In this document: positions 19,763-28,585 of the stretch, in pieces | How positions within the stretch are numbered: the stretch's first letter is position 1 | Layout of the letters: each line of letters starts with the position of its first letter | Source: Candidatus Saccharimonadota bacterium | GTDB lineage: Bacteria; Patescibacteriota; Microgenomatia; UBA1406; GWC2-37-13 | Assembly (NCBI GenBank): GCA_016700135.1 | Contig: CP065004.1 | Location: 150,001 to 182,000, forward strand | DNA length: 32,000 bases | Direction: 5' to 3' | Notes under the pieces: model-generated | Told to the model about the DNA's origin: nothing | The model's database searches: none | What the model saw: only the letters and a program-made list of their open reading frames with translations | Made by a program: the position numbers and the translations under genes

Positions 19763-20599
19763 ATGAGACGCTCCCGAATAACCATAACCCTTGAAACAAA
19801 CCTTCTTAAGAAAATCGATCGACTGATAGACAAGAAACAAATTCGGAATCGTTCACACGCTATTGAATATATTATTACACAGTATACTCAATCCACGGTT
19901 CATAAAGCAATCATATTGGCCGGAGGTCGCGGTACACAACTCCGTCCGTATACTTACGAAATTCCGAAACCAATGCTTCCCGTTTCCGGAAAACCAATTT
20001 TGGAGCATCTCATCAATCAGTTACGGGAGAACGGTATTACTGACATTATCATTGCCATCTCGTATCTCGGTGAACAAATAAAGAAATACTTCGGAACAGG
20101 AGAAAAATTCGGTGTTTCTATTTCCTATTCGGAAGAAGAAGAAAATTTATTGACTGGAGGCGCTTTGAACAAACTTAAAGACCTGGTGGGACAGGATACC
20201 TTTCTGGTAATACACGGCGATATCCTGACGGATTTTTCGTTTTCTGACTTTATCCAGTTCCACAAAAGACAAAATACCGTTGCAACTGTTGCCCTTACTA
20301 CCAGTTCTGAACCGACAGACTTCGGTCAAATTAAACTTCACGGAACTCATCTCACCAATTTTTATTCACATACTGAGCAGCCCGGAATGCAAAGCCACCT
20401 TATCAATACGGGAATATATGCGTTTGAACCGTCAATCTTCAATGAGTTTCCGAAGAAAGAAAAATTCGCTCTTGAAGACGTAATTACGGGTCTTATCAAT
20501 CAGCAGGAAGTCAGCGGATTCGTATTTGAGGGCAGCTGGTACGATGTAGGTAATCCCGAAAACTACGAAAAGGCAATAAAAGAGTATAAAAGAAAGTAA
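19763..20599 (+). CDS. Fusion protein: ribbon-helix-helix (CopG-like) domain plus sugar-1-phosphate nucleotidyltransferase
   Basis: N-terminus RITITLETNLLKKIDRLIDKKQIRNRSHAIEYII (RHH pattern), then AIILAGGRGTQLRPYTYEIPKPMLPVSGKPILEHLI (NTP_transferase G-loop). Confidence 0.85.
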   Translation: MRRSRITITLETNLLKKIDRLIDKKQIRNRSHAIEYIITQYTQSTVHKAIILAGGRGTQLRPYTYEIPKPMLPVSGKPILEHLINQLRENGITDIIIAISYLGEQIKKYFGTGEKFGVSISYSEEEENLLTGGALNKLKDLVGQDTFLVIHGDILTDFSFSDFIQFHKRQNTVATVALTTSSEPTDFGQIKLHGTHLTNFYSHTEQPGMQSHLINTGIYAFEPSIFNEFPKKEKFALEDVITGLINQQEVSGFVFEGSWYDVGNPENYEKAIKEYKRK

Positions 20600-20606
20600 T
20601 CCTTCT

Positions 20607-20936
20607 TTACAGTATTCCGTCTCCGACACCGAAAATAAATCCGAGAATCCGGGCGATAAGATATGACAACATCAAAAGGACAAAACCTATTATCCCTGCG
20701 GTCATCTTGGCTTTCCCGCTATTTACTTTGTCTGCATCGCCTCTTGACATCAAAAAGTCATACCCGCCCCAGATCAGTACAAGAAGAAGAATAACGGCCG
20801 CAAAAGGATAGAGAAAGTTAGTCATAACAGTTACCAGATCCGTGAGAGACGTAATTCCTTCCAGCGGACCTTTAATGGTTACGGCTTTACCGTTTTCAGG
20901 TTGTATAACCAATCCTTGGGCGAGAGTGTTTGTCAT
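20607..20936 (-). CDS. Two-TM T4SS-type (TrbC/VirB2-like) pilin candidate
   Basis: Hydrophobic helix, LIWGGYDFLMSRGDADKVNSGKAKMTAGIIGFVLLML, second helix. This is the pattern I recall for the Patescibacteria T4SS_pilin family. There is no obvious N-terminal signal peptide. ATGA overlap with the upstream gene. Confidence 0.55.
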   Translation of the reverse strand: MTNTLAQGLVIQPENGKAVTIKGPLEGITSLTDLVTVMTNFLYPFAAVILLLVLIWGGYDFLMSRGDADKVNSGKAKMTAGIIGFVLLMLSYLIARILGFIFGVGDGIL

Positions 20937-21610
20937 ATTTTCTTGGAAATCATTAACACTGTCTGCAACAAAAATAGTATAAGGGCATGTATCCCCAATG
21001 ATATCAGCAGATAGATATTAATAGCATACACAAAAGCGGAGGTAGCTTCAAGAAGCATGTCCCACTGGACAACTCGTGAAAAGTCAATCTGAAAAATGTA
21101 TATAATTCCGGCTGCAACAATAGCTACAGGAATGAGATATACAATATCAATTAAATCCTGTTTCGAGGAAAACATTGTGGTAGAAAGAATAAATACGAGC
21201 CATCCGACGGTTATTTTCAAAAAGATATTGGAAGATTCAAATATTTGCAGACTAAAAAGCCACCAAAAAAGTAGTAACCCGACAATAACAGGAGCAATTC
21301 CTACAAGGACGCTTCTGACAACATCTTTTTTTTCATAATAAACACTTCCGAGTTTGAGATACCTTCCTTCCCACTGCGGGAATACATGTATATCACGCAC
21401 TTTCAACAAAAGAATTACGGCCATCACGAAATGTGAAAGTTCGTGTATGACTGTTCCGGGAAAGAATATGAAAGCGATCAGACTGTAGACAATCTTTTCA
21501 TGATCAAAAATGAGCCGTAATACCTGAAACAATCGGGTGATACTGAGTCGGGAAACAAAAAAAAGGACTATGAGTTGAAGAATAAATAACCCGACTAAAA
21601 TAAGTTCCAT
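20933..21610 (-). CDS. Polytopic membrane protein with an HExxH zinc-protease motif (S2P/M50-like)
   Basis: PGTVIHELSHFVMA lies within a TM segment, with at least 5 further hydrophobic helices and a possible third-ligand region SSKQDLIDI. Confidence 0.65.
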   Translation of the reverse strand: MELILVGLFILQLIVLFFVSRLSITRLFQVLRLIFDHEKIVYSLIAFIFFPGTVIHELSHFVMAVILLLKVRDIHVFPQWEGRYLKLGSVYYEKKDVVRSVLVGIAPVIVGLLLFWWLFSLQIFESSNIFLKITVGWLVFILSTTMFSSKQDLIDIVYLIPVAIVAAGIIYIFQIDFSRVVQWDMLLEATSAFVYAINIYLLISLGIHALILFLLQTVLMISKKI

Positions 21611-21613
21611 GAC

Positions 21614-21766
21614 TTAAAGAATTTGCCGTGCAAGCAAATACGCAATGAGACCTAAAACAATAACGGTTAAAATACCGATAACTATAAAGAGTGTATTACT
21701 CAGTCCTTTCGTTTCAAATCGACGTTCAAATTCATCGACATTGAGAGGTGTATAGTTAGCAGTCAT
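21614..21766 (-). CDS. 50-aa single-TM peptide (below the ORF-track cutoff)
   Basis: Own translation: MTANYTPLNVDEFERRFETKGLSNTLFIVIGILTVIVLGLIAYLLARQIL*. It fills the gap between the ClpC-like stop (21778) and the protease start (21610). Confidence 0.4.
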   Translation of the reverse strand: MTANYTPLNVDEFERRFETKGLSNTLFIVIGILTVIVLGLIAYLLARQIL

Positions 21767-21777
21767 ACGGTAATCGG

Positions 21778-24700
21778 TTATGCCGTCTGCTGTTTTGCAG
21801 TACCATCAGCTGTCTGATCGGAAGCGGAACTCTGCTGCGGCGGTACCTCAGCTCCTGGCGCACTGTCAACAATTTGTGGTTTGATCGGTTCGAGCCCGTT
21901 CATTTTCCCGTTTGTCTGCTCTTTTTTGGGCGGTGCGGGAGGTACATCCATCGCCTTGTTCTCTGGTTTCTTTTCGGCAACAGCTTCAGATTTTTCCTGA
22001 GGTACTTCATCCTTCACTTCCTGGACTTCTATTGAGGCACACTTGGAACATATTGTTGTGGCAGTCGGAATGACGTCTGTTTCAAACTTATTGGCACATT
22101 TTTCACAGAAAAACTTGGCATGTCTCATCTTCTGACCGTCCTGGACATCTTCATCTTTGACTTCTTTCAGCTCAATTTTTTCAACATTGAAAATAAATTC
22201 ATCACCGTCAAAGTCTACAATAAGAGTATCACCGGCTTTCACTTTTTGAGCAATAATAAGCTCAGAAATCGGATTTTCAACCAGTTTCTGAATGGCGCGT
22301 CTTAATGGTCGTGCACCGAATACAGGATCAAATCCTTCGCGTACGATTGCTTTCTTTGCTGCATCCGTGACTGAGAAACCAATCTCCTGCTCTTCGAGGA
22401 GCTTTGCCAAAGCTTTCAGCTGAAGATCAACGATCTGAAGCATATGCTTGTATTTCAGCGGCTCAAATACGATGACTTCGTCAAAACGGTTGACAAGCTC
22501 AGGGCGGAAGAACTTCAGGAGTTCGTTCATAACCTTGTCCTTAATCACCTGATACTTCTTCACATCGGTCTGTTCTTCTACCTTTTCTTTTTCCTGTGCT
22601 TCCTTCTCAAGCGGGAAGTTCTTGCCGAAATACTCATCCAATGGTTGCATTTTCCATTCCGTTGCTTTCTGGTCACGATGCCATATATCATTACCCACGA
22701 TAACAATCTCTTTTCCTGTCGGTGTAAACGTATGGATATCCCAATGGGTTGCGGGAAAATTGTCATCTTTTACCGTCTGTCCCTCGAAATACTCTTTCAA
22801 AAGACCCGTCTGCCAGTCAGTACTCCCTGCTTTTCTTCTCCAAAAACGATCTTTGTATGACACAATTTCCATCTCATCAGGACTGAAGGCATGAGTCTTC
22901 AGACGCACCGTCGGCAACTGTTCATCCGGAGCATCAGGCAAGGCATTAATGACTACATTGTCATTGAAATAATCAATCAGATTTGTGACATTCCATACTT
23001 TCGAAGTGGTTGCGGTACGGGAATATATGATATCGCCCGTTGAGATCATTTCCACTCCTTTTGGTGAGATGGCATGAGTGTCATATCCGAATGTCGGGAA
23101 AGACGTGATTTTCGGTTTTTCTTCTGCCGGTTTTGCCTGCTCCTTTACGGGCTGCTCTTTGCCTTCAACAGTATTCTCTTCTTCAGGCTTTTCAGGCTCC
23201 GGTTGTTGCAATGCTTCAGGTTTTTGCGTCGGCATTTTGCCGTCAATTTTCTGTCCTGCAAAATACTCAGTCAATTTATGATCTGCCCAGGACATTTCGG
23301 CTTTCTGATCTTCTTTTTTTTCTTCAGGCTTCTGTTGCTGACCGTTTGTCATATCCAGACTGTTTGCGGTTGTGCCGTTGTCTCTTTCAAAATACTTATT
23401 CCCGATCGTCATAAGTTCACGACCTCTCGGCGTAAAAGCATACGTCGAAATGAGGGTCGGTTCTGCAACTTCCGACTTTCCGCTCTTCAACAGTTCCTTT
23501 TGAATGAGAGGAGTTCCGATGTTTGACGTACAGATCACGACGGTATTCTTGAACGAAATAGTTCGTCCTTTGTTGTCTGTCAAACGGGCATCATCAAGAA
23601 TCTGCAGCAGAATGTTGAAAATGTCAGGATGTGCTTTTTCAATTTCGTCAAAAAGAACGAGTGAATACGGCTTTCGGCGAACGGCCTCTGTCAGTTTTCC
23701 TCCGTCTTCAAATCCGACATAACCGGGAGGCGGCCCGAGAAGCTTTGCCACTTCATGACGCTCCATATATTCGGTCATATCAAATCGGGTTACGGCTTCT
23801 TCTTCATCAAAAAGTACTTCCGCAAGTGTCTTGGCAAGTTCCGTTTTTCCCACACCGGTCGGTCCCAAGAATACGAAACTACCGATCGGACGATTGTTCG
23901 ATTTCAAACCTGCCCGTCCGCGTCTCACGGCTTGGGCGACGGATGCCACCGCACGTTCCTGATCAATCATTCTTTTGTGAATGATGTCTTCGAGGTTTGA
24001 TAATTTGTCCTTCTCAGAAGTACCGATCTTGGATATCGGGATACCGGTTCTTGTGGCAACAATGTCTTTAATTATTTCAGGAGAAACAGCCGTGGTGGTC
24101 TGTGCTTTCTTCATATTGTATTCATCCTGTTTGACTTTCAGCTTGGCCTGTACATCATCAATTTTTGAGCGGAGAATGCGGGCCTTGACCTTTTCGCCTC
24201 TTCTTTCATCTTCCGCAAGCTCCTGATTGAGTTGAGCTACGCGGGTTTCTATTGAATGGATTTCTTCAGGAAGAGAAATGAGCGGCAGACGGACTGCTGC
24301 AGATGCTTCATCCATCAAATCAAATGCCTTGTCTGGAAGGAACCTGTCTCCGATGTACCTTTTTGAAAGTTTTACCGCCAGCTCGATAACTTCATCTGAA
24401 ATTTTTACTTTGTGGAATGCTTCATATTTACTTTTTGTAGCCTTCAGCATCTTGATGGCAGCCTCTTCTGTCGGTTCAGGAACAAGAACTGTCTGGAACC
24501 TTCTTTCAAGTGCCGGATCCTTTTCAATATATTTTCTGTATTCGGTAATTGTTGTTGCTCCGATAAACTGCACCTCACCTCTGGCCAGAGCCGGTTTTAT
24601 GAAATTGGATGCATCCAAGGCACCCTCACCGCTTCCAGCTCCCATCATTGTATGCATTTCATCTATGAACATGATAGCTTCACCTTTACTCGCTTTCAGT

Positions 24701-26211
24701 TCATCAACAACGCTTTTCATACGTTCTTCAAATTCTCCCCGATGAGATGCTCCGGCGACCACACTCGCTAAGTCAAGCTGGAGGATCTTTTTATTGAGAA
24801 GGCTTTCAGGAACCTGCTTTTCAACTATCCGTTGTGCAAGTCCTTCCACGACTGCAGTTTTTCCTACTCCCGGTTCACCGATAAGTGCCGGATTGTTTTT
24901 GATTCTGCGTGAAAGAATGTGTACCACTCTCTCAATAACAGGTGCTCTCTCGACAACAGGATCCAGCTCACCGTCAGCAGCTTTTTGTGTCAAATCAATA
25001 CAATACATCTGCAACGCAGATTTCTGCTTTTGCTTTTTATCGTCTTTTGTTGCCTCTGCTGAGAATACTCCGCCTTTCTTTCCGGTTATTCTTTTGTTGA
25101 TATCTTCTTTCGTGACTCCGAGTTTGACCAGTATACGGGCGCCTACGCCTTCACCTTCTTCATACAAAGCAAGAAGAAGATGTTCGGGGGAAATAAATTC
25201 ATAACCGAGTTTTCGCGCGACAACAAGGGATTTTTCAACTATTTGCTTCACGCGAGGAGACAGTTGCGGAGGGTTCTGACTTTCTTCTTTTTTATATATT
25301 TTCACGAGCTCCTGTTCTACAATCTGCGGCTGAATTTTCAAATCAATAAGGATTTTATAGATCTCACCGTCTGTCAAAAGTCCATGGAGGAGATGTTCAC
25401 TATCCATGTAGATATTTTTTAGTTCTTTTGCTTTTTTGTTTGCTTCGACAAACACAGCGTTTGAACGCTGAGTCAAATGGGTCATGATATCTAAATCATT
25501 TCTTTTCTTGCCGCTCAACGTGGAGTCCAAAACATTTTTCGCGGCAGACGGCTGAACGGAGCCGTCAATAGCCTTCTGACCGTCCTGATTTGCTGCGGGA
25601 TTTGATGTAGTTTCAGGTTTCTGAGTATCTGCTGAGAGTGTACTTTCAGTAGACGTTTCAGTCTTTTCCTTTGCCATATCATCAGGTTTCTGTAATGTAT
25701 TCTGTTCTTTTTTCATTTCAGCATCCATCTTTGTCTCTTCTGCAGGAACAGGTGTTCCCGTTGTATCATTCATTTTCGGCGGCGCCGGCGGCATATCAGC
25801 GGCTTTTACATCTGCCATCTCCGCTTTTTTCATTTCAGCTGCGGCTGGTACTGTGGCCGGTTCTGCCTGATTCACCGCTTTCGGTGGAGGGGTTCCGATA
25901 CCGTTATAAGACTGACCGTTAGGAGGATTACCGATTCCGTTATATGATTGACCGTGGGAAGGGTTACCTATTCCATTGTAGGAATCGCCGTGTGCAGGGT
26001 TTCCGATACCGTTATAAGACTGTCCGTTTGAGGGATTACCGATACCATTGTATGATTGCTGGCCGCTTGGCATCGGCGCATCAGTTTGTTGTGCAACAAC
26101 CTTCGGTTGATTTGATGTATTCATAGTAGGATTCGCGTCAGTAACTGACGTTGTGTCACTTGTATTTGCATTTGGGGTTTGTTTCTTTATAAAATCAAAT
26201 ATACCGGCCAT
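21778..26211 (-). CDS. clpC: Atypical ClpC-type class I AAA+ unfoldase (about 1477 aa) with N-terminal repeats, a D2 insertion and a C-terminal zinc ribbon
   Basis: Two Clp_N repeats ([30 protein letters not shown]). D1 has [15 protein letters not shown] and IMFIDEMH. Short ClpC-length M domain. D2 has [62 protein letters not shown]. Start set at M8 (26211) because a consensus promoter lies inside the longer ORF. Confidence 0.9.
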   Translation of the reverse strand: MAGIFDFIKKQTPNANTSDTTSVTDANPTMNTSNQPKVVAQQTDAPMPSGQQSYNGIGNPSNGQSYNGIGNPAHGDSYNGIGNPSHGQSYNGIGNPPNGQSYNGIGTPPPKAVNQAEPATVPAAAEMKKAEMADVKAADMPPAPPKMNDTTGTPVPAEETKMDAEMKKEQNTLQKPDDMAKEKTETSTESTLSADTQKPETTSNPAANQDGQKAIDGSVQPSAAKNVLDSTLSGKKRNDLDIMTHLTQRSNAVFVEANKKAKELKNIYMDSEHLLHGLLTDGEIYKILIDLKIQPQIVEQELVKIYKKEESQNPPQLSPRVKQIVEKSLVVARKLGYEFISPEHLLLALYEEGEGVGARILVKLGVTKEDINKRITGKKGGVFSAEATKDDKKQKQKSALQMYCIDLTQKAADGELDPVVERAPVIERVVHILSRRIKNNPALIGEPGVGKTAVVEGLAQRIVEKQVPESLLNKKILQLDLASVVAGASHRGEFEERMKSVVDELKASKGEAIMFIDEMHTMMGAGSGEGALDASNFIKPALARGEVQFIGATTITEYRKYIEKDPALERRFQTVLVPEPTEEAAIKMLKATKSKYEAFHKVKISDEVIELAVKLSKRYIGDRFLPDKAFDLMDEASAAVRLPLISLPEEIHSIETRVAQLNQELAEDERRGEKVKARILRSKIDDVQAKLKVKQDEYNMKKAQTTTAVSPEIIKDIVATRTGIPISKIGTSEKDKLSNLEDIIHKRMIDQERAVASVAQAVRRGRAGLKSNNRPIGSFVFLGPTGVGKTELAKTLAEVLFDEEEAVTRFDMTEYMERHEVAKLLGPPPGYVGFEDGGKLTEAVRRKPYSLVLFDEIEKAHPDIFNILLQILDDARLTDNKGRTISFKNTVVICTSNIGTPLIQKELLKSGKSEVAEPTLISTYAFTPRGRELMTIGNKYFERDNGTTANSLDMTNGQQQKPEEKKEDQKAEMSWADHKLTEYFAGQKIDGKMPTQKPEALQQPEPEKPEEENTVEGKEQPVKEQAKPAEEKPKITSFPTFGYDTHAISPKGVEMISTGDIIYSRTATTSKVWNVTNLIDYFNDNVVINALPDAPDEQLPTVRLKTHAFSPDEMEIVSYKDRFWRRKAGSTDWQTGLLKEYFEGQTVKDDNFPATHWDIHTFTPTGKEIVIVGNDIWHRDQKATEWKMQPLDEYFGKNFPLEKEAQEKEKVEEQTDVKKYQVIKDKVMNELLKFFRPELVNRFDEVIVFEPLKYKHMLQIVDLQLKALAKLLEEQEIGFSVTDAAKKAIVREGFDPVFGARPLRRAIQKLVENPISELIIAQKVKAGDTLIVDFDGDEFIFNVEKIELKEVKDEDVQDGQKMRHAKFFCEKCANKFETDVIPTATTICSKCASIEVQEVKDEVPQEKSEAVAEKKPENKAMDVPPAPPKKEQTNGKMNGLEPIKPQIVDSAPGAEVPPQQSSASDQTADGTAKQQTA
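25885..26064. repeat. 36-bp coding tandem repeat x5 ((G)[12 protein letters not shown])
   Basis: Units align at period 36 on the + strand (e.g. ...ttccgataccgttataagactg...). The peptide is conserved while the DNA units differ at many positions. Confidence 0.85.
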
Positions 26212-26217
26212 ATATTC

Positions 26218-26246
26218 ATTATGAGCAAGCATTTTCCAAATGTCAA
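26218..26246 (-). promoter_or_regulatory. Sigma70-type promoter of the clpC-like operon, leaderless geometry
   Basis: Minus strand: TTGACA (26246-41), 17 nt, CATAAT (26223-18), 6 nt, ATG (26211-09). Confidence 0.6.
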
Positions 26247-26256
26247 CATCAGATAT

Positions 26257-27030
26257 ATGAAGAAAATATCAATACTATTACTCTTACTTTTTTTGCTTTT
26301 TATGAGCTCGGCGACTTATTCGAGAGCCTCAAATGAGGAAAGCTCTGCAGAAAAGGTAAAAAAGCCTGCAAGGAATCTTTTTTACTTTTTTAAAGACATC
26401 GGTAATAATTCTTCTCCAGATACGGGTGCCCCTGATCCAACCTTACCACCAGACGCTTCACCTGCGCCTACTTATGGCCCTCCTCCCGCCCCGATTTATG
26501 ATACACAACTTGCTAACCTTATGGAAGCAATCAAACAGAAGGCTCACAGTAACTGTACTATGTTCGGGACCGGAATAGTAGCGACACAAAACAGTTACTG
26601 CGTCCAGCCTATCGCAAATGTCTCAGGGATCCAAAACGGTCAATCTGTTGTCAACGATATGAAATACTCTGCCGATAATTACTACTATCTGCAATGTGTA
26701 GGTTGCGCCGTCGCCATGGCAAAAGCAAACGGGAAACCGTACCTCGGATGGGGTAATGCAAAACAGCATGCGGATCAATCTGTCTTGGGATACACATATG
26801 TGCCTTACACTTCAGCTTCTTCGGCATATTCAGTCAAACCGGGCTCTTTGTTTATTCTGACAGGCGGGACATACGGACATATCGGAATGGTGTCTGAAAT
26901 TATTTATGACGAGAATAATAGACCTCATTCATTCCGAGGCTTTGAATGTAATTACCAGGCGAATGGGTATGTCAGCCACGAAAAAACCTGGGCATTTGAT
27001 CAGATAGCCGGTTTTCAGGTACCAAACTAA
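26257..27030 (+). CDS. Secreted CHAP-domain peptidoglycan hydrolase (H1)
   Basis: Signal peptide [24 protein letters not shown], leader [17 protein letters not shown], Pro-rich linker. CHAP triad context LQCVGCAV ... GHIGMVSEI ... FECNY. Confidence 0.8.
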   Translation: MKKISILLLLLFLLFMSSATYSRASNEESSAEKVKKPARNLFYFFKDIGNNSSPDTGAPDPTLPPDASPAPTYGPPPAPIYDTQLANLMEAIKQKAHSNCTMFGTGIVATQNSYCVQPIANVSGIQNGQSVVNDMKYSADNYYYLQCVGCAVAMAKANGKPYLGWGNAKQHADQSVLGYTYVPYTSASSAYSVKPGSLFILTGGTYGHIGMVSEIIYDENNRPHSFRGFECNYQANGYVSHEKTWAFDQIAGFQVPN

Positions 27031-27031
27031 C

Positions 27032-27757
27032 ATGAAACAAAAAAAATTAATTATTATTCTTGCAGTTGCCGTAATAATACTTCTAATAACTTTATTTTTT
27101 CTTAACATGAGAAGAAATGCGGGAACAGACGTCAAAGAGGAAATTGATACCCTTCCTACGGGAATTATTGTTCCTACCAACACTATAGAAAATAATGAAC
27201 TGGATATCGTATCCGTTTCACCATCAGACAGAGCACAAACTGTCAGTGTAAATACCTCAATCCGCATTACATTTTCCCGAAAACCCAAAGAAGAAGAAAT
27301 TGATTTTTTCATGGGTCCAGACGCAATCTACTCTCAGGAAATCAAAGATAATGTATTGATTATCACACCCTGGAAACCGCTCGCCGAAGGTACATTGTAC
27401 ACATATAGTATCAATTTCCCACAGGATAACCAAAAAGTCCGTCTGTATCGATTTGTAACTGAAGGGACACTGAGCGAAATTCTTCCTGATACGCGATCAA
27501 ATGACCTCATAGAAGAAGTTGAAGAAAAAGAACGGGTTAATCATCCTGACATATATATTACTAATAGAACACCTTTCGAAGACAGTACATTTTCAATCAG
27601 ATCTGATTTTGAACCCAAAACCCCTGCTCACTATTATTTTATCGTTACATCAAAAATCAATGACCGAAGTACTGTCGAGCAGGCTGTTAATGCTTGGCTG
27701 CAGCTTCAGGGCCTTACCGAACAACAAATTAACGGCCTGGATGTCCGTTATCAGTAA
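27032..27757 (+). CDS. Single-pass membrane protein with an Ig-like (SbsA_Ig/Big_5-type) ectodomain (M1)
   Basis: N-terminal TM LIIILAVAVIILLITLFFL. SVSPSDRAQTVSVNTSIRITFSRKP...VLIITPWKPLAEGTLYTYSI. Starts 2 nt after the H1 stop. Confidence 0.7.
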   Translation: MKQKKLIIILAVAVIILLITLFFLNMRRNAGTDVKEEIDTLPTGIIVPTNTIENNELDIVSVSPSDRAQTVSVNTSIRITFSRKPKEEEIDFFMGPDAIYSQEIKDNVLIITPWKPLAEGTLYTYSINFPQDNQKVRLYRFVTEGTLSEILPDTRSNDLIEEVEEKERVNHPDIYITNRTPFEDSTFSIRSDFEPKTPAHYYFIVTSKINDRSTVEQAVNAWLQLQGLTEQQINGLDVRYQ

Positions 27758-27760
27758 CAT

Positions 27761-28585
27761 ATGAAAAAAATTATTATCTTCTTCCTATCCCTGCTTGCTG
27801 TCGTTCAATCCGTTCGTGCCGAAATACCGATGATTGACCGGGGCGACGGGTATGCAGTTTATCCAACTTCTTCAAGCAAAAAAAGTGTTGAAAAAATTAA
27901 AGAAGTACCTCGTAATTTATTTAATTTTTGGGATTTTAACGAGGATAATAATCCGGATGAAATTCAACCCATCCCGACTCAGCAGCCATCCTTCATATCT
28001 GGGACACCTGTACCGTCTCCAGTACCGACAGCAGCGCAGACAAACCCCACTCTTCCTCCTGCTCAAACTACAGCCGGCTGTCCGGATGCAAATACCAGAA
28101 TTCATATTTCAGGTACGCGTTATCGACATCTCAATAGATATCTTCCCTGCGACCGGCCGCGCATGCTAGTGATCCATTGGTCTGCCGGTTGGTCATCGGC
28201 ACAGGCAACATTTGACGTGCTTAATAATCGCGACCGTTCATGTCAGTTTGCAGTTGATGACCATGAAGTGATACAAATGCTGAACCTTTATCCTAACGCC
28301 GTCGAGCGGGGATGGTGCGCTGGTGGAGATGCCAATACGGGATCTATCAACTTTGAGATCACCGGTGCATGGTTTGATGAAGTACTGCTGCAATCAGGTT
28401 CGGAAAAAAACAGACAGCTTATGATCATGACGGACAAGACCGTAGATATCGCCTGCAGAATGATACAAATGTACAGTATACCGAAAACGGCAATTTACGG
28501 ACATTATCAACTTCAATCAGGAAAATCTGACCCGGGAGTATCCTATTTACAATTTTTTAAGCAAAAAGTAAACGAGCGATGTTAA
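27761..28585 (+). CDS. Secreted N-acetylmuramoyl-L-alanine amidase (Amidase_2/PGRP fold) (H2)
   Basis: Signal peptide ...VQSVRA, leader EIPMIDRGDGYAVYPT...EKIKEVPRNLFNFWDF, Pro-rich linker. VIHWSAG (Zn His), INFEITG, YGHYQL..GKSDPG (AmpD-like His/Lys/Asp). Confidence 0.85.
   Translation: MKKIIIFFLSLLAVVQSVRAEIPMIDRGDGYAVYPTSSSKKSVEKIKEVPRNLFNFWDFNEDNNPDEIQPIPTQQPSFISGTPVPSPVPTAAQTNPTLPPAQTTAGCPDANTRIHISGTRYRHLNRYLPCDRPRMLVIHWSAGWSSAQATFDVLNNRDRSCQFAVDDHEVIQMLNLYPNAVERGWCAGGDANTGSINFEITGAWFDEVLLQSGSEKNRQLMIMTDKTVDIACRMIQMYSIPKTAIYGHYQLQSGKSDPGVSYLQFFKQKVNERC

Noticed and set aside
22120-25922. Numerous + strand ORFs (60-155 aa) across the clpC-like gene
   Set aside because: All are antisense or alternate-frame to a 1477-aa CDS with unambiguous AAA+ motifs, and none has recognisable motifs of its own.
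27839-27847. RGD tripeptide as an integrin-type adhesion motif
   Set aside because: A tripeptide alone is not evidence. Only the conservation of the whole 16-aa motif is reported, and no eukaryotic-host inference is justified.
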